Origin: Glaucostegus cemiculus
Taxonomy: Eukaryota
DNA: 64,000 nucleotides
NCBI GenBank assembly: GCA_976551045.1
Contig: CDPCPM010000665.1
Coordinates: 186,001 to 250,000, forward strand
Direction: 5' to 3'
Both the position numbers and the translations under genes were made by a program. Positions 35,690 to 49,569 of the stretch are shown piece by piece; positions within the stretch are counted from its first letter, which is position 1, and every line of letters starts with the position of its first letter. A model generated the notes under the pieces. That model was not told the origin of the DNA. It did not search any database and saw nothing but the letters and a program-made list of their open reading frames with translations.

Positions 35690-38600
35690 TCCTGGACAAC
35701 CATGGGCGTAAGATGTATTGTCAACTGCATGAACCGTATCTCTGGGTTGCAGAGCCTGAGCAACATTTTTCCTGCTTGTTGACAAGGCTGATTGTGTTGT
35801 GAACAGCATGTTTCAGGAGGCTGTCACCCCCCAGCTCAAGAGAACACAGTCAGAGAGGGACTGAATGACTGACATACAGGCAGAAAGGAGCAGGCAGGGA
35901 GTTCTGGAGCCCCTTGAGACCATCTTGCTCTCTAATCAGTGGTCAGTTTGGAATACTGATGGGAGAGAAGTTTCCATTAGAAAATACCAGAGACTGTAGC
36001 ACTATGGGTCACTCAGTTACACAGTGAGAGAGAGAGAAAAAGATCAAGAGAACAAATGTTAGTGGAGAAATGGGCATGTCTGTGGTCACAGGTTTGGCTC
36101 CAGAATGGTATGTTACGACCCTGGTGCTGGGGTCAAGAATATCACAGCAGAGTGTTCTGGTGAAGGAGGGTGAACACCCAAAAGTCATGGTCCATGTTGG
36201 TGCCAACGACGTGGGGAGAGAAAGGCGTGATGTCCTGTGGGGATATTTTCAGGAGAGGAAAGAGATCAAGCAACAGGACCTCAAAGGTAGGCATCTTTGT
36301 ATGGTTCCTGTGGCACATGTCAGTGAGCACAGAAATAGGGGGATAGTGCTGATAAATGCCTGGCTGGAGAGATGGTGCAAAAGGAAGTGCTTTAGATGCC
36401 TGGAGCATTGGGACCTGTACAAGCTGAGCAGATTGCAGCTCAACAGAGCTGGGACTAACCTCTTTGCAGAAAGGTTTGCCTATGCTCTGTGTGTGTGTGT
36501 GTGCGTGCGTGCGCGTGTGTGGGATGGGGAGGAAGTTGAAACTAATTTAGCTAAGAGGTGGCACAGGAAGGTAGCACTGGAAAAAAAAAGCTACAAGAGG
36601 AATTGGGAGAGGTAAATAGTATCAGAATAAAAAAGACTTCAAAAAAGAGAGAATTCAAGAAGGTCTAGGGTAGATTTATGATGCACTTGGGTAAATGCAA
36701 GAAGCATCTTAAACAAGAATGGTGAGTTGCAGGTGCAGTTAAAAAAAAAGGGTCAGGAATGGGTCTAAATATTCCTGGATACAAGATATTCATGAAGGAT
36801 AGGGAAGGAAAGAAAGGACAGTGAGCGACAGCGTTAACAGTATTAGAATCCTGGAGAGAGTCGTGGGGAATATGTTCGGAGTTAAAAAACAGTATGATTA
36901 CAATACTATGACTGTTCTCTGGGCTGCCAACTAGGTAGAGGGATATAAAGGAGAAAATTTGCAGAGAAATTATTAGCTGTGCTAAAGCCATTGGGTAATA
37001 ATAATGGGAGACTTCAGTCATCAAAATATAGACTTAGATACCAATAATGTAAGAGGGCAAAGAGGGGGAAAGTTATTCAGCTGTTTAGGAGAACCTTCTT
37101 AATCTGTACATTTCTTGCACAGTGAGATAGCTTTTCTGGGATTGGTTCTGGGGAAGGAGTCAAAACTTGTGGAGCAGGTATCAGTGGGATGGCATTTAAG
37201 AAACAATGATTATAATAGCATAAGATTAAGAATACCTAAGGAAAAGGATGTAGATCTGTTTTTACAAGGTAAAAGTAGTTAACTGGAGAAGGACCTGTTT
37301 CAATCCGGTGGGGACAGATCTGGCCAAGGTAAATTGGAATCAAAGCTTGGCAGTCAGAACTCCAATTGAACATGGGAGGATTATAAGACAGAGACGTTTC
37401 AGGTAAAGGGGCAGGGAAGTCAAAGGCAGAGCCCACTGGACAACAAAAAGAGCAGTAAAAAGGGCAGGTGACAGATGCCAGGTTATTAACACAAGTGAAG
37501 ACCAGGTTGATTATAGAAAGTTCAGAGGAGAAGTGAAAAAGAAAATGAGCCAATGCGAGAGCATGAGGAAGGACTGGCAGCAAACACGGTAATTCTAGAG
37601 GCGTGTAAATTAGGTGTAAGAGAAAAAGTGACATTGGTCAGAAATCAAGAAGTTTTCACCAAGGAAGATGATGTGTTGGAGTTTCAGCAGATGAAATTCT
37701 CTAAAAATTGAGAACTAAGAGGTACTACTAAAGCCAGCTGCACTTGCACAAGTGAATAAATCGCCTGGTCCAAATGGGATGCATCCCAGGTTACTGGGGG
37801 AAGTAAGGAAAGCTATTGCAGAGCCCCTGCTATAATCTCCCAAATGTCTGTATCTTCAGGGGTTGGTGCTTGGGTACTGCAGAATTACAAATGCTATACC
37901 CTAGATGGGGGGAAAAAAGGGTGTGGTGATAAACACAGTAACCATTGACTAGTCAGTTTAACTGTGAGAGTGGAGAGACTTCTAGGAGCAGCAATCAGAG
38001 ACAGAACTAGAAGTCACTTGGAAAGTGTAGATGGATTAGAGAAACCAGCATGAATTTGTTAAGGAGAAATTTTATCTAACTAACTTGATGAGGTTATAGG
38101 GGGTCATCAAAGGAAAGGCAGTTGATCAATGGACTTCCAAAAGGTGTATAGGGTCCCACACAGAGGGTTTATCATCAAGACTGAAGGCTGTGGAATAAAA
38201 GGTACTGTGGCGTGTGGAAAATAGGAAACAGCATAGTGGTAGAACACTTTCTGAACAAGATGGAATTGTACAATGCAATTCCATAAGGATTGGTACTAGG
38301 ATCACAACTTTTCTTAATATATATTGGAAATGGGGGTACAAGGTACAATTTCAAAAACTGTAGATCCCACAAAACTGAGAGGGATAATGAGCGAGGAGGA
38401 AGATATCAGTAGAATTCAAGGGGACATAGACAAAGCTGGTGGAATGAGTGGACAATTAGAAAATGAAATGTAATGCTGAGAATTGTGCAGTATTGCATTT
38501 TGTTAAGAAGAATGGTAGGCAATATAAACTGGAGGGCATGATCCTATAAAGGGTACAAGAACTGAGAAATCTGGGATGTGTGTGTATAGTACATTGAAAG

Positions 38601-39195
38601 TGGCAGGGCAGGTTGAGAAAGAGCTGGAAAAACAATGTTGGGTTTTATAAAAAGAGGCACAGAGCAAGGAAGTAAGGATGAACTTCTGTGAAACACTGGT
38701 TATGCTACAATTGGCACATTGTGCCCAGTTCTGGGAGCCGCATTTTAGGAAAGGTGTAAACGGGTGTGCAGAAGAGATTTACCAAAATGGTTCCAAGGTC
38801 GAGGCCCTTTTGTGGATAGAATGGAGAAGCTGGATCATTATTCTCAGAATAGAAGAGGTTGAGAAGGAATAAGATAGAGGTATTTAAAATCATAATGGGT
38901 ATAAACAGAACAGATAGAGAGAAACTGTTCCTATTGGGTGGAGAGGCCGATGACCAGGAGACATAGAATGAGGCGATTGGCAGAAGAATCAAACTTAACA
39001 AGTGTTTACATTCTGGGAGTAGCAGCAGAGATGGATTCCAACGTGGCATTCAAAGGGTAGCTCTAATAAGTGCCTGAAAGGGAAGAATTTATGTGGAATT
39101 TACACGGGAAGAGAGCAGGAGAGTGGGCCTCGCTGGATTGTTGTTTCATGGAGCTGGTGTGGACTTGCAGGCAACCATTTTCTGATTCTGTGATT
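35690..39195 (+). mobile_element. Near full-length decayed CR1 with ORF1 (SGNH esterase-like) and ORF2 remnants
   Basis: ORF 36070-36615 VMVHVGANDVGR...INAWLERWC...WDLYK...LNRAGTNL; atgggagacttc (MGDF, APE); atggacttccaaaagg (MDFQK); HCAQFWEPHFRK; (TTCTGA)n-like tail near 39180. Confidence 0.85.
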
Positions 39196-40043
39196 TAAAT
39201 ACTCCAGGCAAGGTACCAGAACCATCAAAATACATTAAGCACAACATGGAACTTAGAACATGGTGAAAATGACATGGATCATGTATCAGCTGTTCTTATC
39301 CAGTCTTCTTGGCATGTAAGATATAGAATCAGAACAAAATTTGCAGTTTTAGTCTGCATTAGCATTAAATGTTCTGCAAAATTCACCAGTACTGTTAATT
39401 GCTTTAGAATTTTTTTTGTTGTCGTAAGATCTTGTTTGACATATCATTTGACAAAGGATACTCAAATAGATCACTGATATCTCTTTGATGTCCTGATGTG
39501 AAGTAGCATCCTCATTCCCCATGCTGCAAAAGAAAGCCCTGGCCCTACCATCTACCTGTGACAATCACGCCTGGTTCTTGTTTATTCATTGTTAGTTCCA
39601 CAACCTCCCAACGGAGTTTCCTCAATAACCATCCTTGAATATTTATCTGAGGAACATGCTTCAAAGCCTTGACTAGCAGTTCAGAGTTTAAATCTTGTCT
39701 CCCATTGTGTCCATGTAGTTTAAATTAGAGAGCTGTGCTACCCTTCAATCTGTATGAATTGATCTCTAATTTATTTGGAAGCATAGGAGGCAATTCTTAA
39801 ACTGGCAGCCAAACCTGATTGTTATCTGGGTCTCTGCAGACCCCTCTTTGAAGCCTTAATGATGCTAATTCCAAGAAGTCTCATCTTTCTAATTAGGATT
39901 CCTTTTACTTGGTGGGTTTTGTCGCCAAGCAAGCTGGATCATATCATTACAACAGTGATCATTGGTACACGTGGGTCAGGTTTAGACTGGTTTCTCTTTC
40001 TGCGAAAGTGTCTTTCAGTTTCTTATTATCTATTATAAGTCAT

Positions 40044-40290
40044 TACAGGCAATCCCCACATTGCAGGGGGGAGTTGTTGCATTCTTAGGAAACGGTCCAC
40101 ATCACAATTTTCCATAACGCAAAGCTGTGTCATCTACATCGAGAAATGCCAGTTGAAAAACAATTGTGTTTATTTACCCTTTTTTCACTTAAGTTCCCTA
40201 AGAGTGAATTTTATTCCGTATCTCAAATTTTTGGGGAGTGATTCATGATTTCTTTAACCTGAACAGCCCGTAATGCAGGGGTTGCCTGTA
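40044..40290. mobile_element. Tc1/mariner-type MITE with TA target duplication
   Basis: TA-CAGGCAATCCCCACATTGC at 40044 and GTAATGCAGGGGTTGCCTG-TA at 40290 are imperfect TIRs. Confidence 0.75.
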
Positions 40291-42539
40291 TCTGGTCTGT
40301 AGCTACAGCCTGTGGAAAGCAGCACTTTTTACACTTATGGCAATGGGAATTCCTCACCAGGATTGTGAAACCCAATAGCTCCAGTTTGTTAGGAATGTTA
40401 GAGATATTAAAAGATGTCCATGGATGTCCATCATAGACCTTCTTAAAGCTGCTCACATTTTGAGGTATGGTTTTCCTTCTCTGCAATTTCAGCAATGCGT
40501 TTTTCCCCCAGTTCTCTGTGAGCGGAGGGCCCACATAGCAGAATGCAGCTTTAAAACTTCCCCATACCTCTCACCGATCTTTGCCAAGGGGTGACCGCCT
40601 CTGCTGGAATTCTTGGGAGTGCTGTGTCGTGGTCTAGATGCAGTGCCATTTCTGCTGAAGAGGATATAGGAGAACAGCTAGCATTACAGGTTGTATCAGT
40701 ATAGACCTACCCATTTTGTTTGTTGATCAGAGTACCTTTTACCTTCTATGTTTAGTCTGTAAGATCCTTCTTTCTGCTCTTGATTTGTACTGCCACATGT
40801 GGTGTGAATCTAATTCATGCCCTGCTATAGATTTGCTTGTCTGCCCGCCAGTGGGTGAAATGAATAACTGCCACTCTGTAAGGTAAATAATTGCATTTCC
40901 ACTAAAGTACTTTCACGGGTTAATTACTTCCTGGAAGTCATGAGCCACAACTGAGAAGTTGTTTGTGTTCTGTACCTGTGGCACAGCTCTGTTCAGTTTT
41001 GCACTGTCCTGTCTTTGCCGATATTTCCATATGAGTAGAACATTACCAAGAAAGCTGAGTTGGTTGAATAATATATCCTTATTTAGGTTACCAGTCTCTA
41101 AACTCAAGATTTTGGGTTCTCCCCCAAAATATCAGAGGGGATTTCCAATGTGAATTTTCTGTTAATTTCAGGAGGTTTCAGAGCTTTTCGACCAATAAAT
41201 AAGGTTTTCTTTTGAAAAGCAGTTATTCATGATTTTTGGGCAGACACGGCAACAGATGCTCACGGCAGGTGAAATGTGTATATATCCTACAAATGTTTTT
41301 GTCATTTGAAGAAGGATTTTTGGTGAGCAGGAGCACCCTTGCACCTCTTCAGGTAGTACAGTGAATGTTTTATATTGATCTGAACTAGAGACCTCCGTTT
41401 AACATCTCATGTGGAAGACAGTGCACACTCGTCCCTCAGTGAACTGTCAACTTCCTTCACGTCACAGGCTGGTCGTTGACATTCGTGTAGCGCTGCAGAG
41501 CAAATATTATCTTTCACATGAGAGGCAAGGCATCTCTTTCTGAATTAACTACCTGTAATTTTTTTAAAAAGTGGTCTCAAGTGTGCATGCTGATGTTGTA
41601 ATAGTGGCAGATCTGTGATGTTAGTTAAATGGTGAAGATGGAATAAAATTATTGGTATTGTGTACACCAACACCTGGAATAGTGCAGAAATAAAATGAAG
41701 TCCGTTGTACAGTGATTCCAGGTCAGAAACCCATCATATTGAGCTGGAACTGTGCTCCTAATTTGTTTTTCAGCTTTGTTCTAACCACTGTGTTCAGCAA
41801 GGAGCAAACACCTAATTCGCCATTCGATAACTACTCTAATTACCTTCCTTTCATGAAGGCACTTTCAATATTACTGTAAATTAAAATGGGTGACTGCAAG
41901 GAATTCAAACAAGAGAAGATAGCATGGGTTTAATCAGGTTTAAGCTTGAGTTTAACTGTGATGTTCTCCTAAGTAAAAAAAAAAGTTTGGCATGGGTAAT
42001 CTAATTAATATGAAATACATATTTGATACTATTAATATTTTTCAGCTGCTCAAAGGTAACTACATTCTTCATTGTACTGAGCATATTTTTGAGGGAAAGA
42101 GCCTGTGCGAAGCTGCTTGTATTTCTTTCCTTTAATGTTTATTGCAGCTCTTTGTCTGCTGATTTAAAGCTGGATTGGCAGTCATCCGTGGTGAGCATTA
42201 GTCCAAGCCAGCGTTGTCCCCCAGAGTGAAACACCTGGCCTCAGTTCTTGGCCACCATTCAACTCTTAGGCTCATGGAGGGCATGTGTTTGTGGCTTCAT
42301 TCCAGCAAAGCCAGTGATGATGAGATCCTGCTGCATTTATCAACAGCACCTTGATACATTTCATGTCCCACACACAGATGACCAGATGGATGTAGTGGAC
42401 AGCTTAGGGTGGGGGAGCCCACAGTGAAAACCTCAGTCAGAGACATCTGAAAGGTGCCAGGCAATCAGGTGGCAGGGAATGCTGGTGGATGAGAGCTGAA
42501 CTGCTAATTGGGAACCAAGAAACATCACACGTGTTTCGT

Positions 42540-42800
42540 GGAAAAGCGTGAGGGGCCCAGGGCCCGGGAATCCTCTTGCTCCACAGAACTGAGAGAATCC
42601 CTCTACATCAGATCCTTACTGTACAGCCAGAGTCTCAATCCCATCACACGCCTTCAAGGTGGCCACAGTGAACGTGAGGTAATTATGTACCTCCTCATGG
42701 ACTTTGTGTTTGCCAGGAAGGTCTGGAAAAGGATGCAGTGGTCCTTGCTGAGCTTCATCCTGAGCAGCTGCATAATACAGGACCCTGTGATTTGGATCTA
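42540..42800 (+). mobile_element. Decayed L1/Tx1-clade ORF2 C-terminal fragment
   Basis: GGHSEREVIMYLLMDFVFARKVWKRMQWSL resembles the Tx1 C-terminal motif E(T/S)--HLL-EC-FA--VW. Confidence 0.5.
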
Positions 42801-42999
42801 CTGCTCTTTTAGATCCATATTTGAATCTTTTAGAAGATCCAAATATGGGCCTGATCCCCTGATTGGCTGTATAACTGTGACTCACCTTAATATAGTGGTC
42901 CTGACATATGGCACTTCCTGTTTACTGATGTAACGTGTGTGTGGTGGCTGGTCACTATGTGTGGCTCCTCGAACACTTCCCAGGATACTGATGATGTGT

Positions 43000-43800
43000 T
43001 ATGCTGGTTCCTCACAGGTGATTGACCGCAAATCCCTTGGAGATGTTTCTTGGCTGTGCCCTTTTTTTAGGATAGGCAGTGGTGTCGTAACCATCCCATT
43101 CCAATAACGACACAGCCAAGGAATGCCTTCAAGTTACTCACTTTGGACAACAGGTGTCCTTTAGAACTATGTACTCTTGCAGCCTCTTTTGAAATCTGCC
43201 AACCTTCCACTTCTGAGCCCAAAGCTCGGCGTTGTATTCCTTCTCCAACACCACCTCCCCATTATGCAGCCAGACACCTACCTGGACTGGAAATAAAGAT
43301 ACGTGTCAGCAATTATCCCCAAAACCGCCGGTCTGCAGGTCAGCTTGGACGATCCAACCCATTGTTGCATTGTTACATCTGCTTTCCTTTTGTTTATTCC
43401 CTCAATTCCTTGAAGGTTTTAGAAAGTTTTGTCAATCAAATTTGGTTTCCGTTCTTTTACTTTTTTTGTTTTCTGCTTACTTTTCTCTCACATCTTTGAA
43501 TGAAGATCCCATTATCTTTTCGACTGCTAACGTTAGTGTAAGTGGTTAATTGTTCTTCGACCTTGTTTCCCTTTACAAACACAGGAAGAACATTACTTAT
43601 CTGCTGGTTTTGCGTATTCTCTTTTTTAGTTATTGTCACATATATCGCCTTTGCCTTTGCTATCTCTTTGCTTCTTTTAGCATGCATAAAAAAAGTCTAT
43701 CTGGTATTACCCTCCGTGTTTGTGTTTTACATTGTTTTAAGCTCTATTAATGTTCTTTCCTCCCTATTGGTCACCTTGGTAAACACTGAAGCAAAGTAAT
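43000..43800 (-). mobile_element. Highly decayed CR1 ORF2 fragment
   Basis: ccttgtttccctttac, aaacactgaagcaaagtaattattt (reverse of N-YFASVF). Confidence 0.55.
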
Positions 43801-43939
43801 TATTTCACTATTTCTAGCATTTCACAGTCACTGCCAGTGAGTTTACTGTTTATATCACTTTGTCGTCATCATTATGGACAACAATTGCAAATTTTCATTA
43901 AGTCAGAGCAATTTAATTGGAGCAATGGATTTTCATTTA

Positions 43940-44870
43940 ACTGCTGATGCTGGAAATCTGAAGCAAAAACAAAAAAATGCTGGAAATTAGCAGATTAGGC
44001 AGCATCAGTGAGGGAAGAAACAATCAATACATCAGGTCAAGGACTCTATCGGAACTGGATAAGTGTGTTATAAGTTGAATGAGGGGGACGGATGGAGAGT
44101 GAAGAGGGAATTCTGTGGCAGAGTGGAGAACAAAGTTGTCAAGGTGACAATTACATTAAAAACTGGCAATTAGAGACTGAAGAAACAAATTGAAACAGAA
44201 AGGTATTGCCACAGCTGTAGAGGCAGAAGGGGGGATAACCTGGGTTTCATCTAAAATTGTTAAATTCAATATTAAGTTGTGAGGGTTTGGAGCAATGTAG
44301 GAGGGTGAGGACAGAGGTCACAGTGGGAATAGGACAGAGAATTAAACTGGAGACTGGAAGGTCAGGGTTGCCCTCGTGTACTGAATCGATGTGCTGTGCA
44401 AAGCGGTCACCCAATGTACGTTTCATTTCTCCACTGTACAGGAGACCAAATGTGGAACACTAAATTGGAAGAAGTGCGAGTAACCTTTTCCCTTACCTGG
44501 AAGGAGCATTTGGTGGGAAGGGAAGAGATAACAAGGCAGGCATTGCATTTCCCAACGTTGTATGGGAAGCAGATTGATTGGTGGAAATTGAAGAAGGGAC
44601 CAGGGAGTCACAGGGGGGAATGGGCCCTTCAGAATGTTGGAGGGGAGGAGAAGATGTGCCTGGAGCAATCCCATGGGAGGTGTCCGAAATTATGGCAGAT
44701 TGTCCATTGAATATGGAGGCTGGAAGGAAAGTGAGTGAGAACACGTGGGAAATAGAGATGTCATCAAGAGTGCTGTCAACTGTGGTAGAGGAGAAGCCAC
44801 AGCTAAGGAAAGGGGAAAACATCTTAAATGTACTGGTGTGGAAAGTCATAAGTAAAGCAGCTTAAGATGA
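43940..44870 (-). mobile_element. Penelope-like element 3' part (GIY-YIG remnant plus pLTR)
   Basis: Reverse of about 44391-44440 reads YSGEMKRTLGDRFAQH (GIY-YIG YIGETKR-L--RF-EH motif); terminus gatgctggaaatctgaagc...ggcagcatc at 43940-44010. Confidence 0.8.
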
Positions 44871-44879
44871 TTGGATCTC

Positions 44880-45350
44880 AGACACTAACCTAAGGAACTC
44901 CGGACGTGATATCCTGGGACTGGGATTATTTACATCATTTACACCATCTTACCTTGTGCAGGTATAACTCCAACCACTGGAGAGTTTTCTGTTTAATACC
45001 CCATTGACCAGTTTTTGCAAAGTACCTGGACGTGACACTCGGTCAAATGCTATGGGCAGTCACTCTCACTTCGCCTCTGAAATTTGGTTTCTTGGTCCAT
45101 ATGTGAACCAAGGCTGATCGCCTTGCTCGGAAGGATTGCAGTGAAGGATATGTCGGGCTGTGATGTTACAGGTAGTGCTGGTGGGCAATCCTGCTGCTGC
45201 CACTGTTGGTCCACAGTGCCACGTGGATGCCCAACTTTGTGCTGCCAAATCTGTTCAGAATCTGTCTCATTTAGCACATTTGTAGTGCCGCACATTATGA
45301 TGCAGGGTGTCCTCTGTGTGAAGGTAGGGCTGTGTGATGTCATTTCTACC
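44880..45350 (-). mobile_element. Decayed LINE fragment (family of 40-1285)
   Basis: gggcagtcactctcacttcgcctctgaaatt matches 1031-1061. Confidence 0.65.
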
Positions 45351-45494
45351 AATGTTTCCTTATTGGCTGGTTTATTGTTCTTTTAGTGGAAGATTTCCTG
45401 AAGGATTCACCATTTGGTCTTCTGTCTGTAACTGCTCCATCCTCAGACTCCTGCCTTTGACCATCCAGTACATCAGTATCATGGCACTAGCCAT

Positions 45495-45930
45495 CTCATA
45501 GAGTCAGACAGCTTGGAAACAGGCCATTCGACCCACCATATCCATGCCAACCACTGGGCAACCATCCTCAGTAATCCCATCTTCCAGTATTTGGCTCATA
45601 AACTCTAAGCCTAGGCAATTTCAAGTGCTCATCTAGATACCTCTTCAATGGTGTCGGCAACTCGACCTCCACCACTCTCTCAGGCAGTGTATTCCAGGTA
45701 CTCGTCACTCTCTGTGGTGAGAAAGGCCCCTCTCTGATCCCCTCGAAATCTTTCTGAGTCCTCTAGTTTTATCTGCCTGTGATATGGAGAAAGGTTTCCT
45801 GCAGTCTATCTATACCTCAATCTTTTTTACCTTAGGCGTGTCTCCACTTAATCTCCTCCACTCCAGGGAAAACAGACCCAGCCTCTCTCGACTCTTCTCA
45901 CAACTAGAACTGTCCATCCCAGGCACCATC
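45495..45930 (-). mobile_element. CR1 3' fragment
   Basis: Tail gaaacaggccattcgacccacc; ctccagggaaaacagacccagcct. Confidence 0.75.
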
Positions 45931-46042
45931 TCATGTCATTTGAAAACACAAATGTCTTCATAACTAGGTGATTCTTGAATTCCAAGTCGAAGAATCTTTT
46001 CTCCTATAGTTTGTAGAACTAATAAACTGGTGTCTCAAGAAA

Positions 46043-46749
46043 CATACATAGAAAACCTACAGCACAATTCAGGCCCTTCTGCCCACAAAGCTGTGCCGAA
46101 CGTGTCTCTGCCTTAGAAGTTACTAGGCTTACCCATAGCCCTCTATTTTTCTCAGCTCCATGTACCTATTACAAAAGTCTCCTAAAAGACTATCATAACT
46201 GCCTCCACCACAGTTGCTGGCAGCCCATTCCATGCACTCACCACTCTCTGAGTAAAAATCTTGGCCCTGACATCTCCTCCAAACCTACTTCCCAGCACCT
46301 TAAACCCAGGTCCTCTTGTGGCAACCACTTCAGCCTTAGGGGAAAAGCCTCTGACTAGCCACATGATCAATGCTTCTCATCATCTTATACACCTCTATCA
46401 GGTCCCCGTCATCCTCCGTCGCTCCAAGGAGAAAAGGCCAAGTTCACTCGACCTGTTTTCATAAGGCATGCTCCGCAATCCAGGCAGCATCCTTGTAAAT
46501 CTCCTCCGCACCTTCCACATCCTTCCTGTAGTGAGGTGACCAGAACTGAGCACAGTACTCCAAGTGGGGGCTGACCAGGGTCCTATGAAGCTGCAGCATT
46601 GCCTCTCGGCTCCTAAATTAATTTCCATGATTGATGAAGGACAATACACCATATGCCTTCTTAACCACAGAGTCAACCTGTGCAGCTGCTTTGAGCGTCC
46701 TATGGACTCGGACCCCAATATCCCTCTGATCCTCCACACTGCCTAGAGT
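46043..46749 (-). mobile_element. Young CR1 3' fragment (subfamily of 8388-9406)
   Basis: Reverse-complement match to 8690-9400 (RRFTRMLPGLRSMPYENR). Confidence 0.9.
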
Positions 46750-47199
46750 AAAATAAAACATTATTTTATAATCCTTGAATGTTCATGTTCTGAATTATTG
46801 TGAAGATTTCAGGTTAATCCCATCGAGTTAGTTGCCACACACACACCTCTCCAGTCAAAAAGAAGGGGCTGTCTGTTCTCATTTGGGCCCAAGTCTTATG
46901 GGAGAAAGCAATTCTGCACCACCCTTCTGAAATATTTTGTCCATGAAATGATCAACCAAGGAACATAAGGTCTTTTAAATTAAAAATTCAGAACTGTTCA
47001 GATAATAACTTCATTAAAAAAAATCTCAGATAGTTTGATATAGACCTTAATTAATAACATTAATATCGCTCTTAACAAGCTTCAAACAAGTAGACGGCAA
47101 AGTGATGGAAGCTCCTTCGTCACTGCAATATGCTACTTATTTTCAAATTTTGGCCTCTGGAAGATCTCTCGACTAAATTTCAATGGTTAAAAACCACTG

Positions 47200-48220
47200 C
47201 TTACAACTGGCAACTTTCTGAATGTCTCCTCATATTTGTGGTCATTTGCAAACCTCTTTTTATTGATTAAGTAAGGTACCACACAGAAGATTGCTGGAAA
47301 TGATAAAGTGGTAGAGAATTAATGTGATAATAGCAAACCATGTAGTTGAGGGCACTTCTTCATGGTGACTCAAACTGGGCAGTATGCCCCACATGATTTA
47401 CTCTTGAAGCCATTCTGTGTATAACAATCAACCAGTGGCTTTTCAGTTTTAGATTATACTCTTCAGAATTGACTCTTCAGAAGACTACTGTACACTATTA
47501 ACTTATAAACAAAATAGAGGAATGGACAAGTATTTGGCAAGTGCTAGCCAATATTAGTAAGTGTGAAGTGAAGCATTTTTACAACAAAATGGAACCGTTT
47601 ACACTCCAGATACAAGAGGCTTGGTGTGGAGAAAGGACAAGAGAAACTCCGAGGTGGGCTCACAAAGCAGTCATGGCAACATCTCAGACTGCTGTGTTTA
47701 TTTGTTAGAAGAAACTACGATTTAGATTTTACTTAGTGCAGAACGTGGTCAAGAGATAACAGCTTGTATAGGCCACTAATAATATTTCTGAGCACCCCAT
47801 GTCATACAAGTCTCCTCACTATAGGAAGGAATTTGGGCCAAGCAAAAGGATGTAGCAGGGATTTATGAAGTTGCTGCTTGGCTTGATGGATGAAAGCTAT
47901 GAGAAAGTGGAGCCCTCGTTGTTAGAATAATGCAGCTTATAGGGTGTGCAGATGTTGGAGTATATGGATTATGAGGTGATCTATAAAAATGTTTAAAATT
48001 ATGACAGGATTAAGAAGGACATAGGTAGAAACAGACTCTGTCAAGTGGTTGAAGGACCATAGATACAAATGAAATGTACAAGAATTAGAAAAGAAGAAAT
48101 AACAACCCTCTAAGTAGACAGTTGGGAAGCTGTGGATTTCTCCCAGGGATAGAGCTGTAGGCAGGACTGTTGATGTTCAAGATTAGATTGGTTATGTGGA
48201 TGAAAGGAAAGGAGGTAATA
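47200..48220 (+). mobile_element. Highly decayed CR1 ORF2/3' region
   Basis: aaggtaccacacagaagattgctg (KVPHRRLL), tctcctcactataggaagga (SPHYRK), tttaaaattatgacagga. Confidence 0.65.
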
Positions 48221-48221
48221 G

Positions 48222-48520
48222 AGAAGATATTTTTATCAGTCACATGTACATCGAAACACACAGTGAAAGGCATCTTTTGCATAGAGTGTTCTGGGGGGGC
48301 AGCCCACAAGTGTTGCCACACTTCCAGTGCTGCCATAGCATGCCCACAACTTCCTAACCCGTATGTCTTTGGAATATGGGAGGAAACCGGAGCACCCAGA
48401 GGAAACCCACGCAGTCACGGGGAGAATATACAAACTCCTTACAGACAGCGGCCGGAATTGAACCTGGGTCGCTGGTGCTGTAACAGCGTTATGCTAACCA
48501 CTGCACTACCATGTCTACCC
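48222..48520 (-). mobile_element. V-SINE (Rex-like tail subfamily), about 370 bp upstream of the CABIN1 exon
   Basis: Reverse complement of 29768-30069. Confidence 0.92.
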
Positions 48521-48886
48521 AAATAGAATATGGGAAGCAGGTGAACAAATGTTCTTAGCTTTACCTGCTCAGTTGGGAGACAAACACAGACCGTGGCTGA
48601 ATGTCTTGTTCTCTGTAATAAATTATACTGATATATAAGCATAAAATATTGGGTATGATTATGACTCTTCCAATCTGCTGAAATATAACCATCATGGGAT
48701 AGCCCAGAACTTCTCTGAAATGTTACAGATTAAAGTACAAATAGCTATTGTGTGGAATCTTCCTCAACTATTTGTAACGTGGTAAGATTGTGTAATGTTT
48801 TGAAGTTATGCTTATGTGGTTGTCTTTAATTCTCAAATTTAAAACATGGATATTGAAGGAATCAAATTATTATTTTACCTCTGTAG

Positions 48887-49050
48887 GGAATCTGGCGTAT
48901 TCCTGTGGATGAAATTGACCGTCCTGGCAGCTTTGCCTCACATATGAACCGTTCAATTGTTATCTTACTGGACGTTCTGTCACAACTGAAGGACCATAAT
49001 ACACTGTTGAGAGTATCTTCCATGCTTCAAAGGACACCTGATCAAGGAAA
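48887..49050 (+). CDS. CABIN1: Internal coding exon (164 nt) of calcineurin-binding protein cabin-1
   Basis: Acceptor ttttacctctgtAG (48885-48886) and donor GTAAGT (49051). Phase-0 start, 54 codons + 2 nt, no stops: [54 protein letters not shown](K). Closely matches my recollection of the vertebrate CABIN1 segment [28 protein letters not shown]...[13 protein letters not shown]. Neighbouring exons were not recognised in the window. Confidence 0.95.
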
Positions 49051-49569
49051 GTAAGTGTGCATGTTCAGAACTTCAGAATTGTATACATAAATGTAGTTTC
49101 CTTTTCCAGATTAAATAAATATGAATATTCACATGAAATACAATATCCCTTTTTCTGAAAATTGGAGAAATTCAGACATTCCCTTCAGTTATTACCTTCC
49201 ACAGGTGCTACCATGAAAACTGATGAGTGATGAACATTCCCAATACTCATCCATCTCTTGTATCCCATCATTGTACTCGACAGTCACTAGTATTATACTC
49301 TGAAATAGCAAGTATCTCAGGACTCTCCCCCAAAGTGACAGAGGTTTCATTCTATCCATTCTTTTCCCCATTCAGTTTTGTTTCTTTCTTCTTTCACTTC
49401 AGTGCAATATCTATCCCCATTATTTTGTATATTTATCTTTTAATTATTTAAGTTGTGTAAAATGCATTAATATTGTAATATGAATTGGTACAGGGAATCA
49501 TTTTCTAGGATAGGTTTTTACTGCAAATGTGATAAAAGAGCAAGAGAGTAGAAGGTAATTGTACCCACA

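Noticed and set aside
36488-36520. (TG)n/(TGCG)n tract as a Z-DNA regulatory element
   Set aside because: Short, ordinary microsatellite inside a dead CR1.
43143-43799. Hydrophobic ORFs resembling membrane proteins
   Set aside because: They are the T-rich antisense strand of a decayed, A-rich CR1 ORF2.
1-48886. Preceding CABIN1 exon (expected to end ...GLFCERNKTNFFN)
   Set aside because: Not found by eye, implying an intron longer than 48 kb; needs TBLASTN confirmation.
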